Positions 12,786-26,899 of a stretch of 64,000 nucleotides of DNA are shown one piece after another. Below the pieces are notes generated by a model. The model made no database searches and had not been told where the DNA came from. It saw only the letters and a program-made list of their open reading frames with translations. The stretch lies in contig LSRY02000023.1 of the NCBI GenBank assembly GCA_001643675.2, positions 1,054,001 through 1,118,000 on the forward strand, read 5' to 3'. Position 1 is the first letter of the stretch, and the number at the start of each line of letters is the position of its first letter. Source of the DNA: Monocercomonoides exilis PA203. Lineage: Eukaryota; Protista; Preaxostyla. Position numbers and translations under genes: made by a program.

Positions 12786-15700
12786 TCATTCGCAAGAATC
12801 AAAAGAATGCTGAAGAGCAGGAGTGGATTGAGAAGAGCAAGCTTTTGGAATGATAAAAGAGACATCTTCAGAAAAGGAGTTAGAAGAAGAGGAAGAAGAA
12901 GAGGAGAAAGAAGAGGTGGAAGAGGATGAAGATGAATGAGAAGAAGAAACGGGTTGTGAACTCTCAAAAAGTGGGGAAGATGTCTGAATGAACGGAGTTG
13001 CATTGGATGCGTGGGCAGGAGAAGATTGAACAGCGAAAGCGAACTGAGAGCTTGGCGAATATTGGAACGGGCGGAGATCAAAAGCAAAGGAATCAACAGA
13101 GTCAGCAATCGACTCACGCTCATCGTCTTTTAACATTTCTTTGTCACTCTCAGCACCTTCTTCGGAACAACCACTAATGTTGCTTTTGTCTTCTTTTGCT
13201 TCTCTTTCTTTGAATGAATTCAATTTTTCTGCATTGTTTTGAGCAAAAAGTGATTTGAGTGCTGATTTGTGCTTTCCACATTTGCCATCAGAATCAACAG
13301 CATCAACAGCAAATATACCATCTTCTTCAAACACTCTCAACTTTGCACTTTCTTCATGAATTTGCACATTTACCTCGTTTTTCAATCTTTCTCTTTCTGT
13401 TTTCATCTCCTTTTCGTTCTGTTTATGATCATAACAAGCCAATGCAAACTGTCTCTTATCTTTTGATACGTCTTCGTTCCTGTTCAAATGAATGTTTTTG
13501 TCTGTTTGTGAATCATAAACATCTGCAAACAAATCTTTCGGTTGCGAAAAGAAGAATTCTCCTTCTGAGCTCCGCACAGCCTTCAAGTCAAAATTTGACT
13601 GCATCAAATCCGATGAATCCAAAGGAAGTTTATCTGAAAAAGACAATGGCAAAAAAGAAGTCGGAGAAGAAGAAGAGGAAGAGGAAGAAGAAGAAGAAGA
13701 AGAAAAGAAAGAGCTTTTCTCAAGTTCTTCAGCAATTCCTTCATGAATGAATTCGTTTTCCTTAATTGATCTTAAAGGCGTTGAATTCCATGCTTTGAAA
13801 AGAAAAGGGGAATTTTGACCGGAAAAGGGAGAATAAAAAGGAAGATTCGAAGACATCGAAGAATGTTCCTGTATTGCACGAAATTTTGTTTTGTTGTGTG
13901 TTTTTTCATTGAAATTTTCATTTCGATTGACAAAATCATCGTCTTTATTCCCCATCTTCTGCTCCATTTTATCCAAACGTTTGAGGTTTGCCAGCGTTTT
14001 GAACTCGAATTTTGGGATGTCAGCAGAAGAATAGAATGTTTCAGTGACGGATTCAGCCTGCAAAACAGAAGGGGCAGAAAAAGGAGCTTTGGCAAGTTGT
14101 TCTTTGCATCCACTTTGTTTCATTAATTCTTCTGTTGGTTCAAATGCAAAGTTTATTGTTGTACTTGAAATCTCATTCTCAATTGTTTTGTTGCTCGTTT
14201 CATTCTTTTTGTTCATTTCTTTTTTTTCTCCTTCATTTGCAGTTGTCTTATCATCAACCAAACTACCAACATCGACAATTGAGGCATTCTTAGAATCATC
14301 AATGAAATCTGCTTTTGTTTTTGTTTTTGGTACAGTTATCATCTTTTGAGATGGCATTAATACAGAAAAATGAGTGAGTCCAATGAAATTTGTTGCATCT
14401 TCTGAAGAAAAAGCTGAATGTTCAGGTTTTTCAGAAGGAGCTAAATGATTCAAATGAGCAAATTGAGCTAACCTTGAAGAAAGAGTAAGTTTTCGAGAAG
14501 ATAAATCAGATAGAGAAGTAGCAGCTTCTTCTGAAAAGTTGTGTTTTGGTGGTTGCGATGGGTCTTCATTGCTTTTCTGATTGATTTTTCCATTTTGATT
14601 CTTTGAATCGCTATTGCTATGGTTTAAGTATTCTTCTTCTGATTGATCATTGTTTCTTTCATTGGAAAGTGAAATTTTATTCAATTTTTCTGGTTCAATG
14701 ATAATTTCTTTCTCTTCTTCTTCCTTCTCCTCATGTTGTTTTGTACAATTAGAGATATTTTCACCTTCAAGTTTGTAATTGTTGCTAGTTTCATATTCTT
14801 TCTCTTTAACAATTGATTGAATGATTGGAGTATCTTCATTTAGAAACAAAGTTGGAATTTCAGAAGATGAAGAAGAAGATGAAAAAAAAGAAAGAGACAA
14901 TTGAATATTTGAAGGTTTAATGGGAAATGAAGAATTTTTGGCTGCTTCAGATTTCTCTGTTGATTCGGATGGAATTGAAGTTAATTGATTGGAATTTGAA
15001 CAAGCAGAATCCTGCGCATCAGAAAAAGATGTTTCTTTTGAATGCTCAAAGGAAAGTTGGCTGTTATTATCATTTGAAGCATTATTGTTGGTAATATCGG
15101 TATTATTGGAATTATTGGAGTTATTATATGCACAATTATTAGCAGTATAAGGATAATGGCATTCCTTATTTTCACAGTCTTCAGTAGTTGAAGATAGAGA
15201 AGAAATTGATACAGAAGAAGAAGAAGAAGAAGAAGAAGAAGAAGAAGAAGAAGAAGAAGAAGAAGAAGAAGAAGAAGAAGAAGAAGAAGAAGAAGAAGAA
15301 GAAGAAGAAGAAGAAGATATTGAGAACGCATAGCTGTTTGTGCTTTTGGAGAGAAAAGAGGATTCAAAATTGGAAGAATTGGAAGAATTGGAAGAACTGT
15401 CAATATGAGGAGAAGGAGCATCAGAATTAGCATTTAGAAAAGAAGAAGTTAACAAAGAGAAAGAAGAGGAAGAGGAAAAGGAGGAAGCTGAAGAAGAAGA
15501 ATTTAACTGAATTTGTTGAAGTTGCTGTTGATTTTGGTTTGGGTTTTGAATTTGTTGTTGTTGTTGCAGAAGAGAAGAGAAAATGACAAAAGAATTGGAA
15601 GGTGTCATTGAAGGAGGAGAAATGTTTGTCAAGGGTTGAGGGTAAGCAGGTTGAAAAGGAGTGAATGAAGAAGGAGGAAGAGAAGGAGGAGAAGCAAAGG

Positions 15701-18088
15701 TGATAAATGAAGGAGTTGAAGAAGAAGGATTAGAAGAAGCAGGAAAAGAAGAAGGAAAAGAAGGCATTTGTGGAGTTGAATGAAAATATTGTGCATCAAA
15801 AGAAGGATTGCATTGTTGAGTTGTTTGAATGGGAGGCTGTTGAAAGATGAAAGATTGATTTAATTGAGAAGAATTCATTTGTTCATTGAAAATTGGTTGG
15901 ATTTGTTGTATTTGAAGAATTCGTTGTTGCTGATTCTGTTGTTGTTGGTGCTGTTGAAGATATTCTTGCTGACTGTGTGGTTGGCATTGAAATTGGAGTT
16001 GGTCAGGAAATTTTGATTGCAGCAATGGAGAAGGTAAAGAAGATAAAGAATAAGAAGAGGAGGAAGGCAAAGAAGAAGCAGCAGAGAAAGAGGAAGGAGA
16101 GGAAGAAGAGGAAGCAATTGGAGGTTGAAGAGAAGAAGATTGAGCAGAAAAAGAAGGAGGAGGATAAGGAAAAGCAACCTGAACCAATGCAGGAGCCTGC
16201 TGTACTGATGAAGTCTGTGGCAGATACAACTGCTGCTGGCAAGGCAATTGAGATGCAGATGGAAAATTCAATGAAGAATAGCTCACTTGCCCTATCTGCT
16301 GCTGAATGAAAGGGAAAGCAGAAGATTGACAGAGCGATGTTTTGAGGGCGGGCTGAGGAAAAGAAGAAGAGGGAATTTGATTGATCACTCGAAAATACGG
16401 TTGTGTGTTGAGAGTGGAAGAGAAGAAGAGAGAAGGAGGAAGAAGAAGATGAGGTTGCATTGAAGACGATGGCTCAATTGGTTTGTTGTTTTGAGGCTGG
16501 AGAAGGAAAGGAGAAGGCAAAGGAGGCTGAGACGAATGAAAAGGTGACGAGAGAAAGGGAGATGTGTTGATTGGCGTGTGGGGTGTTATATTTTGAGAGG
16601 AAAGTGGGGTGTTTGAAGGAGGACTGAAATTTGGTGGGATTTTGTCGGGTAAAATAAGAGGATTATTCTGTTTGTGGGGGAAAGAAGGAGAAGATGATGA
16701 AGAAGAAGAAGGTTTTTGTGATTCAGTTGGGGTATTTGATTGATTGCTTGTTGATGGCAGAGAAGGAGAATGGATAGATGGAGATGTAGAAGCAGATGCA
16801 GAAAAGGAGAAAGAGGAAGATAAGGTTGAGGAAGAAGAAGAAGAAGATGCACAAGAAGAAGATGACAAAGAAGAAGATGACAAAGAAGAAGATGACAAAA
16901 AAGAAGAAGAAGAATTAGACAAAACAGAAGTACTCTCTGCATCGTTGTCTCTTGGCAGCGCCCACTCAGACACCACTTTCTTTCCGTCAATTGTGTTCTC
17001 GTGGAGCTTCTCTAACGCACAAGCAGCTGCCTCCTTTGTGTGGAAGTGAATGAACGCGTGTCCCATCTGCTTCTTCGAACTGAAGTCGATCGGGATCGCC
17101 ACAGACTTCAGCTGCAGCCGCATCTCAGCCGGCAGCAGCGCCAGAATCTTCGTCCTCAACCTCCCAACGCTGATATCTAATGGCAATCCTTTCACAAACA
17201 CACACATGATCTGCTCCATAATCTTCGGATCAATCGCCCGCCGGCGCGCAAATGTCAGGCTCAGCAGGGAGCCTGCGAGGTAGACGCCCTGCAGCTTGTT
17301 CATCGCTTCGAGGGTTGTGGCGTGCGACGGGTACGATGCCCAGCCAAAACCACGGGATTTCCCTTTGTTGTCTGTTGAGAGGATAAATTTGCTCATTGGT
17401 ATCTATAATATAAATTTAAAAGTATAAAAGTTTTTTTTTTTTAAATAGCACAAATGTGATAATTATTTGGTTTTGGGATTCAACAAAATGTCTTGCAAAC
17501 TCCTGATTTGGCTTCAAGAGTTTTCTGGATGTATTCAGAGTCAAGATGAACTGGTAAATTAACGATGAAAAGACTGTTTTTCGCATCGGCATATGTAACA
17601 ATTGCGTTATGACTATCATTCACAAAATAAAATATTTCAATTTATAACAAATTGGATTTATTACAGCATTTGTTTAGCAAACCGTCTTCCGGTGGCGTTA
17701 TCTCTAAAAGAAGGTGGAGTTTTACATTTTAATGCAGCCATTGTTGAATCCATATCAGCAAATTGAACAAATGCAAATCCTTTTCATCAAAAGCATAAAA
17801 TTAATTGGAAAAATCAAATAAGTATCCACCTTTTGCAGAAGCGTTCTTTTTCTTTTTTATAATTGTTGCTTCAATAACATCACCAAATCTTGAAAACTCA
17901 TTTTTAAGATCAGTTGCCGTAACATTACTTGGAAAATCGCTCTGTTGAGTGCATTATTAATAAAGCAAATAAAAGTGATAAATGTGAAATACCACGTAAA
18001 CTCCACAAACACCACCTAAGGCCCCAGAAGAAATTTCCGAATTTTTAGTATCTGCACTTTCGGAATATTCTTCGCTCGGTGAAGCCAT
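12786..18088 (-). CDS. Three-RRM RNA-binding protein (hnRNP Q/R / RBM47-like) with a long Ser/Pro/Gln-rich tail, about 1677 aa, 5 exons
   Basis: GT-AG introns at 17942-17992, 17780-17829, 17613-17682 and 17403-17500 splice in frame. RRM1: VYVSDFP..KGFAFVQF. RRM2: SLFIVNLP..SRGFGWASY. The linker IDPKIMEQIMCVFVKGLP resembles the hnRNP Q/R RRM2-3 linker. RRM3: MGHAFIHF. The last exon contains the 1536-aa ORF. Confidence 0.88.
15214..15315. repeat. (GAA)34 microsatellite encoding poly-Ser on the minus strand
   Basis: Directly visible perfect trinucleotide run inside the RRM gene. Confidence 0.95.
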
Positions 18089-18492
18089 CTTTGCCAATAA
18101 AATGGTAAATTAATATTGTTTGCAAATAATTATGGATATGATCATCAATTTACTCATCAAAAATTTTTATTATGTATCATTTAACTAAATACGATCTCAA
18201 TTCCATCAAATATAACTTGATATAAATGCATTCGCTTTTTAATTTTGAATATTATAATTTATTAGAAGATTTAATTGAGAAAACAAAAGAAAACCAAAAT
18301 ATCAAATTTTTTTACAAGTTACAAAAATTATCATTTGAAATACTAACTTAAAAACTAATTGTTATCGCACAATAAAAAATATAAAAAGTCTCTAGATCAT
18401 ATCACGCACTTTTTAAGATTATGAGCAGCATTTTAAAAGAAATGAAACAATTCTTTTTATTAATTCTAACAATGTTTTTAACCTTTCAATGC

Positions 18493-21400
18493 TCAAACAA
18501 CAGGTTGCAGTGTCTGCAGCATCATCCATTGAGCCTTATCTCTCTTTTTGATGTACTCCAACTCTCTTTCTCTCCTCTCCAGCATCTTCATTTCCTCTTC
18601 TATTCCTTCATTTTGTTCAGCTATTAGCTTTTCTTTCCTTTCTTCTTCAGCCAATTCACTCATTTCTTCATTCAACCTTTCTTTCATTCTTTTGCATTCC
18701 TTCATTGAATTCTCTATTTCCTTTTGTTTTTCTTTTTTTCTTCTGCCAAGTTCTTCTATCTTCTTCTTCAATTCCTTTGTTTCATCATCTCCTTCCATCA
18801 CACCAGATAATACAGACTCTAATTCAAATAGCATAAATTCTGCTTTGTTCAGCAAAGTTGCATTGAAATTCGATCTTTTTTGGGAATTTTTTTCATTTTT
18901 TTGTGATTTTTTGTCATTTTTTCGATTTTTTTCTATTTTTTGTGGTTTTTTCTTTCTTTTTTGATGAATTTTGGATTGTTTTTGTGGAAATGAGGTTGTT
19001 TGATTGGATTGCTGTGGAAATGAAGGGGTTGATGAAAGTGAAGAAGAAGTGGAAGAAGAGGAAGAAGAAGGAGAAAGAGAAGAAAAGGAAGAAGAGGAGG
19101 AAGAGAAAGAAAACAAAGAAGAAGCATTATTTCCATTGGAATTTTTTGTCAAAGAAGGAATTTTTGAGTTCAAAGAAGAGAAAAATGTGTTTTGAGGAAA
19201 AGAAAGAGCAGCAGGACTCAACGGACAATGAAAAGAAGGAGAAGAAGAGGAGGAGGAAGAGGAAGATGAAGTGATGAGAGGAAGAGGGGTGGGGGAAAGA
19301 GAAGAAGAAGGAGAAGGAGAGGATGAAGAAAAATAAGGATAAGGAGAAATGTTATTTTGAGGTGTTTGCATTGAAGAAGAAGATGAAGAAGGAGAAGGAG
19401 AACGAAAAGTGTTTGTGAAGAGAAGAAAAGGAGGAGGAGGAGGAGGAGGAGGAGGAGGAGGAGTTATCAAAGAAGAACGAGATGGAATTGAATTATGTGA
19501 TTGTTGTGTTTGTTGCATTTGAAGTGATTCAGATGGAGTTGAAGAAGAAGAGGAGGAGGAAGATGAAGAGGAAAGATAAAAAGACGGATAAGAAGAAGGT
19601 GCAGGAGAAAGAGATGAAGAAGATGATGATGAATAAGAGGAAGAAGAAGAAGGAGAAGGAGAAGGAGAAGAATATTCTATTGTTGTTGTCGTTGTTGATT
19701 GATTAGCTTGAGAAGGAATCAAAGGCAGAAGTGGAAGAGGAGTTGAAATGATGTTGTGTGAAGAGTCAGTTGAGGATGAAATGTTTGAATGGTTATCAGA
19801 AGAATTGTTGAATTGAATTGAAGAAGAGGAGGAGGAAGAAGAGGAAGAAGAGGAGGAAGAGGAGGAAGAGGAGGAGGAAGGAGAAGAAGAGGAAGGAGAG
19901 GAATAAGAAGAGGAGGAAGAGAAGGAAGTGAATGAAGAAGAAGAAGAAGAAGAAGGATTATGTTCTGTTGAAGAAGCAGCTGATGAAGTGAATGAAGAAT
20001 TTGTGAATGGAGAAGGCTGAGGAGGAAGAGGTTGATTCAAAGAAGAAGAAGGAGAAGAGGGAGAAGGAAGAGGAGAAGAAGAAGAAGAAATAGAAGAAGG
20101 AGGAAGAGGAAAACGAGAAAGGAGAAGATGAGGAGTTGATGTTGCATTCATTGCTTCATCTGCAAATGAAGGTGATGAAGAAGAAGGAGAAGGAGAAGGA
20201 GAAGGAGAAGAAAGAGAAGAAAGAGAAGATGATGATGATGATGAATTTTGAGGTATTTGTTTTGTCATTGATGATGAAGATGAAGAAGAAGAAGCAAATG
20301 GATAAGAAAGAGAAGAGGGAGAAAGTGAAGAAGAATAAGAAGGAGAAGCAACAACAGAATGCGTTACATGATTCGCTTTGGATGCATTTTTCACTTGTTG
20401 TTTTGTGAATGGCACACGAATTTGCACTCTTTTTGAGACAAAACTGTTTTTTGGCTGGTTTTTCAATGAAGAAAATGATGAAATCATATTCTTGTTTGTG
20501 TTTATTCTTGTTTTATTCATCTTTTTTGTTGTTTTGAAATTCTTTTTCTCTTCTTTTTTTATTTCTTCTTCTTCTCTTTTTCTTCCTCCTTCTCTTTCTC
20601 CTCCTCCTCCTTTTAATTCTTCTTCTTTTTCTTCTTCTTTTTCTTCTTCTTTTTCTTCTTTTTTCGATGTTATTTCATTTGGAGCCCATTCTGTTAGTGA
20701 ATGAGAAGCAAGATATGAAAGTGTTAAAAAATTTGCGGATGTGTCAAAATTTTTGTGTTGTGGAGATGAAATGGAAGATGAAATGGAAGAAGAAGAGGAG
20801 GAGGAAGATGATGTGGATAATTTAGAGTTAGAATTTAAAGAAGAAGAGGAAGAAGAGGAGGAGGAGGAGTTAAAAGAAGAAGGGTAAGAAAAAGAAGAAG
20901 AAGCAATAGAAGCATTTGGAGTGGCATTTGCATTCATCTGTAAAGAAGAAGAGGCAGAAGACAATCTGTTTATGTGTTTGGACTTGTTCAATGAAGAATC
21001 AGTTTTGTGCTTCAAATGAGAAGGAGATGAATTAAGAGAGGAAAATCTGGAGAAATGAAATGAGGAAGAGGAAGAGGAAGAAGAAGAGGAAGAGGAAGAG
21101 GAAGAGGAAGAGGAAGAGGAAGAGGAAGAGGAAGAGGAAGAGGAAGAGGAAGAGGAAGAGGAAGAGGAAGAGGAAGAGGAAGAGGAAGAGGAAGAGGAAG
21201 AGGAAGAGGAAGAGGAAGAGGAAGAGGAAGGTTTTGAGGAAGAAGAGGAAGCTATTGATGGAGTTACTGATGAAGAGGAAGAGGAAGAAGAAGAAGAAGA
21301 TGATGATGAAATTATCTTCTTTTTCTTTTTCATTAAAGAAGAAGAAGCAGAAGAAGTAGAAGAAGAAGAAGAAGAAATTGAATGAATTGAAGAAGAAGGT

Positions 21401-22271
21401 TTTTTCTTGTTTGTCAAGCGATGTTTTCGAGATGTTTGAATTGAAGAGCCAAAATCGTCTTCTTCTGAAGGATGCTCAATTTGAGGCAGAGAAGGAACAA
21501 AATTGTGGATGGGTGATGGATTTATTGGAGATAAGGTGGAAGTGGAAGAGATGGGAAAGGAAGAAGGAGAGGAGAAAGAAGAGGAGGAAGAGGATGAAGA
21601 GGATGAAGAGGATGAAGAGGATGAAGAGGATGAAGAGGATGAAGAGGATGAAGAGGATGAAGAGGATGAAGAGGATGAAGAGGATGAAGAGGATGAAGAG
21701 GATGAAGAGGAGGAAGATAATGATGATGAAGAAGGGGGAAAAGAAGAAGATGAAGGTGTTGTTGACGATGATGTGGATGATGTGGGTGATGTGGAAGATG
21801 AAGTGAAAGGAGATGAAATGTTAATAGAAGATGATATTTCTGTCTTTTTTGCTTCAATTGTGTTTTTATCATTCTCATTTGAGTGGGTCATTTTCACTGT
21901 CTCTTCTTCTTCTTCTTTTCTTTCAGTTTTTCCTTCTTCTTCTTCTCTTCTTCCTCCTCTTCCTCCTCTTCCTCCTCCTCCTTCTTCTTCTTTCTCCTCT
22001 TTCCTAACTCCCTCTTTCTTTCCCCTTTCATCTCCATCTTCTTCAACAAGCAGAGAAGAATCAAAAGGCGGAGGAGATTTCATTCTGTGTGAAGACGAAT
22101 GCAGTTGATGTTGATGTGGCAGCTCTTCAATAAGAGACGAAAGGGCAATGTTCGTTCTCTCTAAGTGGTTTCTTTCTTTGGAGTGAAGAAGAAGAAGGGG
22201 AGAGGAGGAGGAAGAGGAAGAGGAAGATGGAGAAGATGATGATGAAATTGAAATAGAAGAATGAAGAGGAG

Positions 22272-22304
<33 letters not shown>

Positions 22305-24132
22305 AAGAAGAAGAAGAAGAAGAAGAAGAAGAAGAAGAAGAAGAATGAGAATCCAATGAATATTGTTGCGTTTCTTTTTCATTCTTCATCACTTTCTGTT
22401 CCATTTCAACCCCATTCTTCAAACTTTTAATTTTCTCTGCATTCCTTTTTTCCTTCTCATTCACATTTCCTTCTTCCTTATCTCCTTCCTCCACCAAAAG
22501 AGAAGGCATAGATGACTTCTCTTCCTCTGCCTCGGCTTGCAACAGAAGCGAAGGTGAATTGCTAGTTTCACTCAGCTTGCTCAAACTGCTTGAAAACAGG
22601 CCAGAATAAATAGAAGCTTTGCTTTGTGACAGAATGTGAGAGGCATTCTTTGATTCAGTTGATTTCATTAAGTTAACTGACTCAATTGAACCAATTGAAT
22701 CACACATATCACACAAATCGCTCAAATCACTTAAATCGCTCAAATCGTCTGATTTGCTTGAATTTCCACGCAGCTGCTGAGAAGAAGCAGAAAACAATGC
22801 TTTCTCTGCTGCTTCCTCGCTCTGTTTGAAGCAATTGCCGGTCTCAGCTGATTCCTTTGCTCTTTGCTGCTTGTTCACAAGATCCAGACTACATTCATTG
22901 TCTGCACTGTATGTACTATCTTTCTCCACAATGTCTGCTATCCTTCTGTGAAACCCCTTTTGTCTGCTTTTAGCTTCTTCTTCTTCTTCTTCTTCTTTGA
23001 ATTCTTCTTCTTCTTGCTCCTTGTTCTTCATTTCCCCCTCAGCTGGTTTGTTTGCTAAGTTGCATCTGCCTTCGTCTCTGTGGTCGGGAGGGGCAGGCAA
23101 ACAACTCTCGCTTATTTTTTCTGTTCTGTATTGGAAAGAAGGCGAGGATGACGCGTAGAGAGACGACGGGATGGGCGAAGAAGCAGAGGGAGGAATGTCG
23201 CTGATGGCGTCGTTTTGTTGCTGCAGCGTTGTTGATGGAGTTGCGAGAAAAGAGCAAAGGGAATTATTTGTATAATTAATTGGTTTGTCTTCATTTTTTT
23301 GAATGTTTTCTGAATACAAGTGAATATTTGTAGAAATGTGTTCTTGTGGACTTGATTCCACTACAGTTGTTGAATGATCGGACATTGGCAATTGAGAAGA
23401 TAGGATTGTATCATCTTTTTTGTCAAGTGCAAAATCTGAAATGCTTTCTTTTCTGATTCCGCAGTTTAACTCCAATGGATCTATTAATGATGCAAACGAG
23501 TCATTCAAAAATGATTGTCTGTCGATGTGTTCGTTGTCTGATGTAGATGAATGAGAAATATGTGATATTGAATCTGTTTCTCTTTCGTAAGGTGTTGAAC
23601 AGTGCACAGATTGTTGTTCAGGAGAAGCCTGTAAGGATTCGATAGACATTCTCACAAAATCATCATTTTCTGTTGTTACTGGTGACAACAGCGAAGACCT
23701 ACAACTGGATGAAGCCGAGGCTGATAAAAGATTGTTAAATGATGAACCTGTAAGAAGACTAGAAGAAAAAAGAGGGAACCGTGAAGTATGTTCCGTTGCA
23801 TTATTTCTTAAATCATATGAATGCACCTTTGTTGAATATGAGTTTTCCATTGAGCAAATATTCGCCGATATTGTATTAAGTTGTGTGTCTTGTGATTGGT
23901 CATCCATACTTTTATTTATTGAAAGGTCAATGTTTTGATTCGTGTTGCAGCTTATAGAGATCTTTGATATATCTGTATTGTCTGTAAAATTGGCAAAGAT
24001 TTTTCGTTTATTTTTCTTTTCTCTCCAGCGTTCAGATTTTGGATAACGCTCTGCTGAATTTCTAGTAAGAGCATTTGAAGTCGATATGAAATCTATTAGT
24101 TGTTCGGAGTTATCGTTTTCATTGGAATTCAT
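18493..24132 (-). CDS. Hypothetical 1879-aa Ser-rich low-complexity protein with a C-terminal coiled coil
   Basis: Uninterrupted 5.6-kb ORF flanked by AT-rich intergenic DNA. Poly-Ser and poly-Pro tracts, Lys-rich patches, and an E/K heptad-like region in the last ~110 aa. No catalytic domain recognised. Confidence 0.8.
21062..21229. repeat. (GAGGAA)n hexamer repeat, poly-Ser on the minus strand
   Basis: Directly visible. Confidence 0.9.
21589..21706. repeat. (GAGGATGAA)n 9-mer repeat, poly-Ser on the minus strand
   Basis: Directly visible. Confidence 0.9.
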
Positions 24133-24629
24133 AAGAAAAACAATGAAAAAATTACAATTTTCAATCTAAATTATTATGAAAAATATAATTATGGGCTTGT
24201 TTATTGATGATTTTTTTATGTGTCGTTTTAATAAGAATTCCATCAAATAAATTGAATTGGAGTTTGATGATTACAATAAATTAAAAAGAAAAAAGAAAAA
24301 AGAAAATTGAAAAAAGAGAAAAATTGAAATGAAGTGTGTGTGATTATTTTCGAAATCATAACTTTTATCATTGTGTTTATTTTTCAAATATTGTTTGCCT
24401 TTCAGATGAGATATTGCAGTCAATTCGTTTATTTATCACAACTGAGTTTAAAACTGACGTTTTTTCTCAATTAAAGATGACAATTTCGTTAATTATCCTT
24501 TTCATTTTTTTCGTATTCTTTTGTTGATGTTCAAATGTTATTTTCGAACCGAAATATTTGATTTTGAAAAATATGTTTTCAAGAATAATTACCCATGTTG
24601 ATAATTTTTATTTTTCAGCTAAAGATGAA

Positions 24630-25519
24630 TCCACTCCTTCATCATCATAGGTTGAAATATTTCAGTTGAAATCCATCCAGATGTGGATCCCAAATAATTC
24701 ACGTTGTGTAAAGAAAGAAATTAATATTCCGAAGGTTTTTTTTCGTGGATGCATTCAAAAGAATGGTGGATGCGACCCATCTGCACATGTGCAAATACAA
24801 ATTGTTGCATTTTCATTTTTCGGCAAATGAGATAATGCATGAGATGACTGATTATTTAAACATATATTTGGTTTTGAAGATGCATGACCAACTCGGAAGG
24901 AAGATTCGTAGAAATTGTAGATATCTGTTGAATTAATTTCATTGGCTGTGATTATGGCCGACATCTTTTCTTACCACGCACGTATTGTTTCTGGGGATTG
25001 TGCACAAAACTTAGCCACTTCCATTTGTCTTGATATAGAAACTTTCAAAATGGAGCCTCTTTTAATAAGGTCATATGAATATTTTGAATTGACTTTCTTT
25101 CTTTTCTTCTTCGTTCCTTATATCAGAATCGATCACTTCTTGTATCTTAATAATCAAGATAATTAAAAAATAAAATAAAAAAGTCTGTAAACCATCGATT
25201 GTATATCCTTTAGTCGAATAATTTTTTGTTCAGATAATATTGCGATTGTTTGATTCTCCACCTTTTCAAGTTGATTTTTGGTTTGTATCGTTGGTCGTCC
25301 AGCTTTTCAGACTTCACGCTTTGCTTTGATAGCAGCTATCCCTCTTGCTCATGCTCTTTTGGAAAATGCACATGACCATACAGCAGCCTTCTACGATATA
25401 GGAAATTTCTTTTTTATTTGTGACACTTTTAGCGAAAACGATGAAAATGAACGGTATTCATGAGAAGATAACAGTCGATGAAGAGAATTCGAAGATAATA
25501 TTTCTGATGATTCCATCAT
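24630..25519 (-). pseudogene. Decayed pogo/Fot1-type (DDE_1) transposase
   Basis: N-terminal HTH-like region ending in AGRPT, with several stops. Then DIYNFYES (cf. IYNxDET, catalytic D lost), ENATICICTCADGSHPPFF and STSGWISTEIF, which are typical DDE_1 blocks. No TIRs found. Confidence 0.7.
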
Positions 25520-25919
25520 TTTGTTTTTGATAAAAAAATTGAATTGATCGCATTGCAAACTCTGAAATTAATAGAAAGCTAATATTTTTTATATATTTTT
25601 GTATAAAACCATCTTCCACACAAGTTTCTTGTTATCTATAAATATCAATGCAATTTTATTTCCTTGTTTTTTATTTTTCTTCAAATGAACACTTAACATA
25701 AAGCAAAATTCTGTATCAAAAAATGTTGAAATAGTATCTCAAATTTCTCCGTTACTAAACATTCTTTTTATTAAAATTTCATTTTCCAGTTGAACAAACG
25801 TATATTTTCTTTTTGAAAAAGGTTTTGAAAATATCGAACTACCCGCTTTCCAATAAATCACAGCTTAATCCACAAAAAATATTTGTTTTTATGAAATAAT
25901 TTAATTAAAAACAATTTGA

Positions 25920-26185
25920 GTCGATGCGTATTTGAAAAGAGGTGTTTTTGATCTTTTTTTAGAAAAGGTGCAATTACAAACATTGAAAAATGGAATTTTA
26001 TTTAGTTTGAAAAAAAATCTTTTTGATCATTTCAAGAAGATTGGAAGAAAAGACAGAAGATGAAATGGAAGAAATGAAAAGAAATTCAACAAAAACAGAA
26101 TTTCTTGAAAAATGGAGGAATAAGGACATGAGGACATTATCACAAGTCCTTGTGAAGTGATTCCATTTTTTTAACAGGAGATATC
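25920..26185 (+). pseudogene. 3' fragment of the multicopy 'AYQSAW' helical-repeat family (same family as 46.1-47.6 kb and 62.9-64 kb)
   Basis: VDAYLKRGVFDLF.. and IISRRLEEKTEDEMEE..GHEDIITS align with VDDLLNGGAVDAVL.. and NISKRLKKKNEGEMEE..GYEDTITS of ORF 46104-46847. Confidence 0.65.
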
Positions 26186-26899
26186 AAAAAAGTTGGTTTT
26201 TATACGTGATGGACTGTTTTATTAATGTTTGAGAAAAGGAGATTCATTTTAATTTATTGCTAAGAAATTTTTTTTATAACTTACCATTTTGCAGTATTTA
26301 ACAAAATAGAAAATAAACAAACTTGGCCTCTGCGACAGACCGACATTTTTTGAACGATTCGACATGTCGACCGACAATACAATGAACTTTTTTTAATCAT
26401 TTTTTGGAAAAAAATAATGAAAAATAAATGCAAATTTTCAAATAATAAATATTTTCAAACCATTAGCAATTTATTCTGATGTTATAAACTGAATAACAAA
26501 TTAAACAAAAAAAGTTGAATGTTCTATTTATGTGGAATCGACAGGTCAATGTCGAGATCGGTCGAGTGACAAAGATCAGTCGAGTTGTCGCCAAGTCGAA
26601 TTTCTCAGAATCATTGAAAGATGATGATCTGGAAGCAGTCACTTCCACATTTCCAATTGATCTGAAAATCTCTCTGAAAACAATAATAAATGTATGATTT
26701 TTATTACAAACTCATTTTTGATTTAAATATTTCTTTTTTCTATTTTCGTGCGAAATAGCTTTCAGTTTTTTCGAAGAAATGTGAGGAGTTAAAAAATGCA
26801 AATTGTTCCTTTGTTAATCTTATTTTGTCAAAAGTCACATTAAATAGAAATTGTATGCATAATTTGTATTTTTTTTCCATTTATTTATCAATTGCTCAA

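Noticed and set aside
24576-24598. TTTCAAGAATAATTACCC resembling the right TIR of the 35.5-kb MITE
   Set aside because: Diverged, with no left partner and no TSD.
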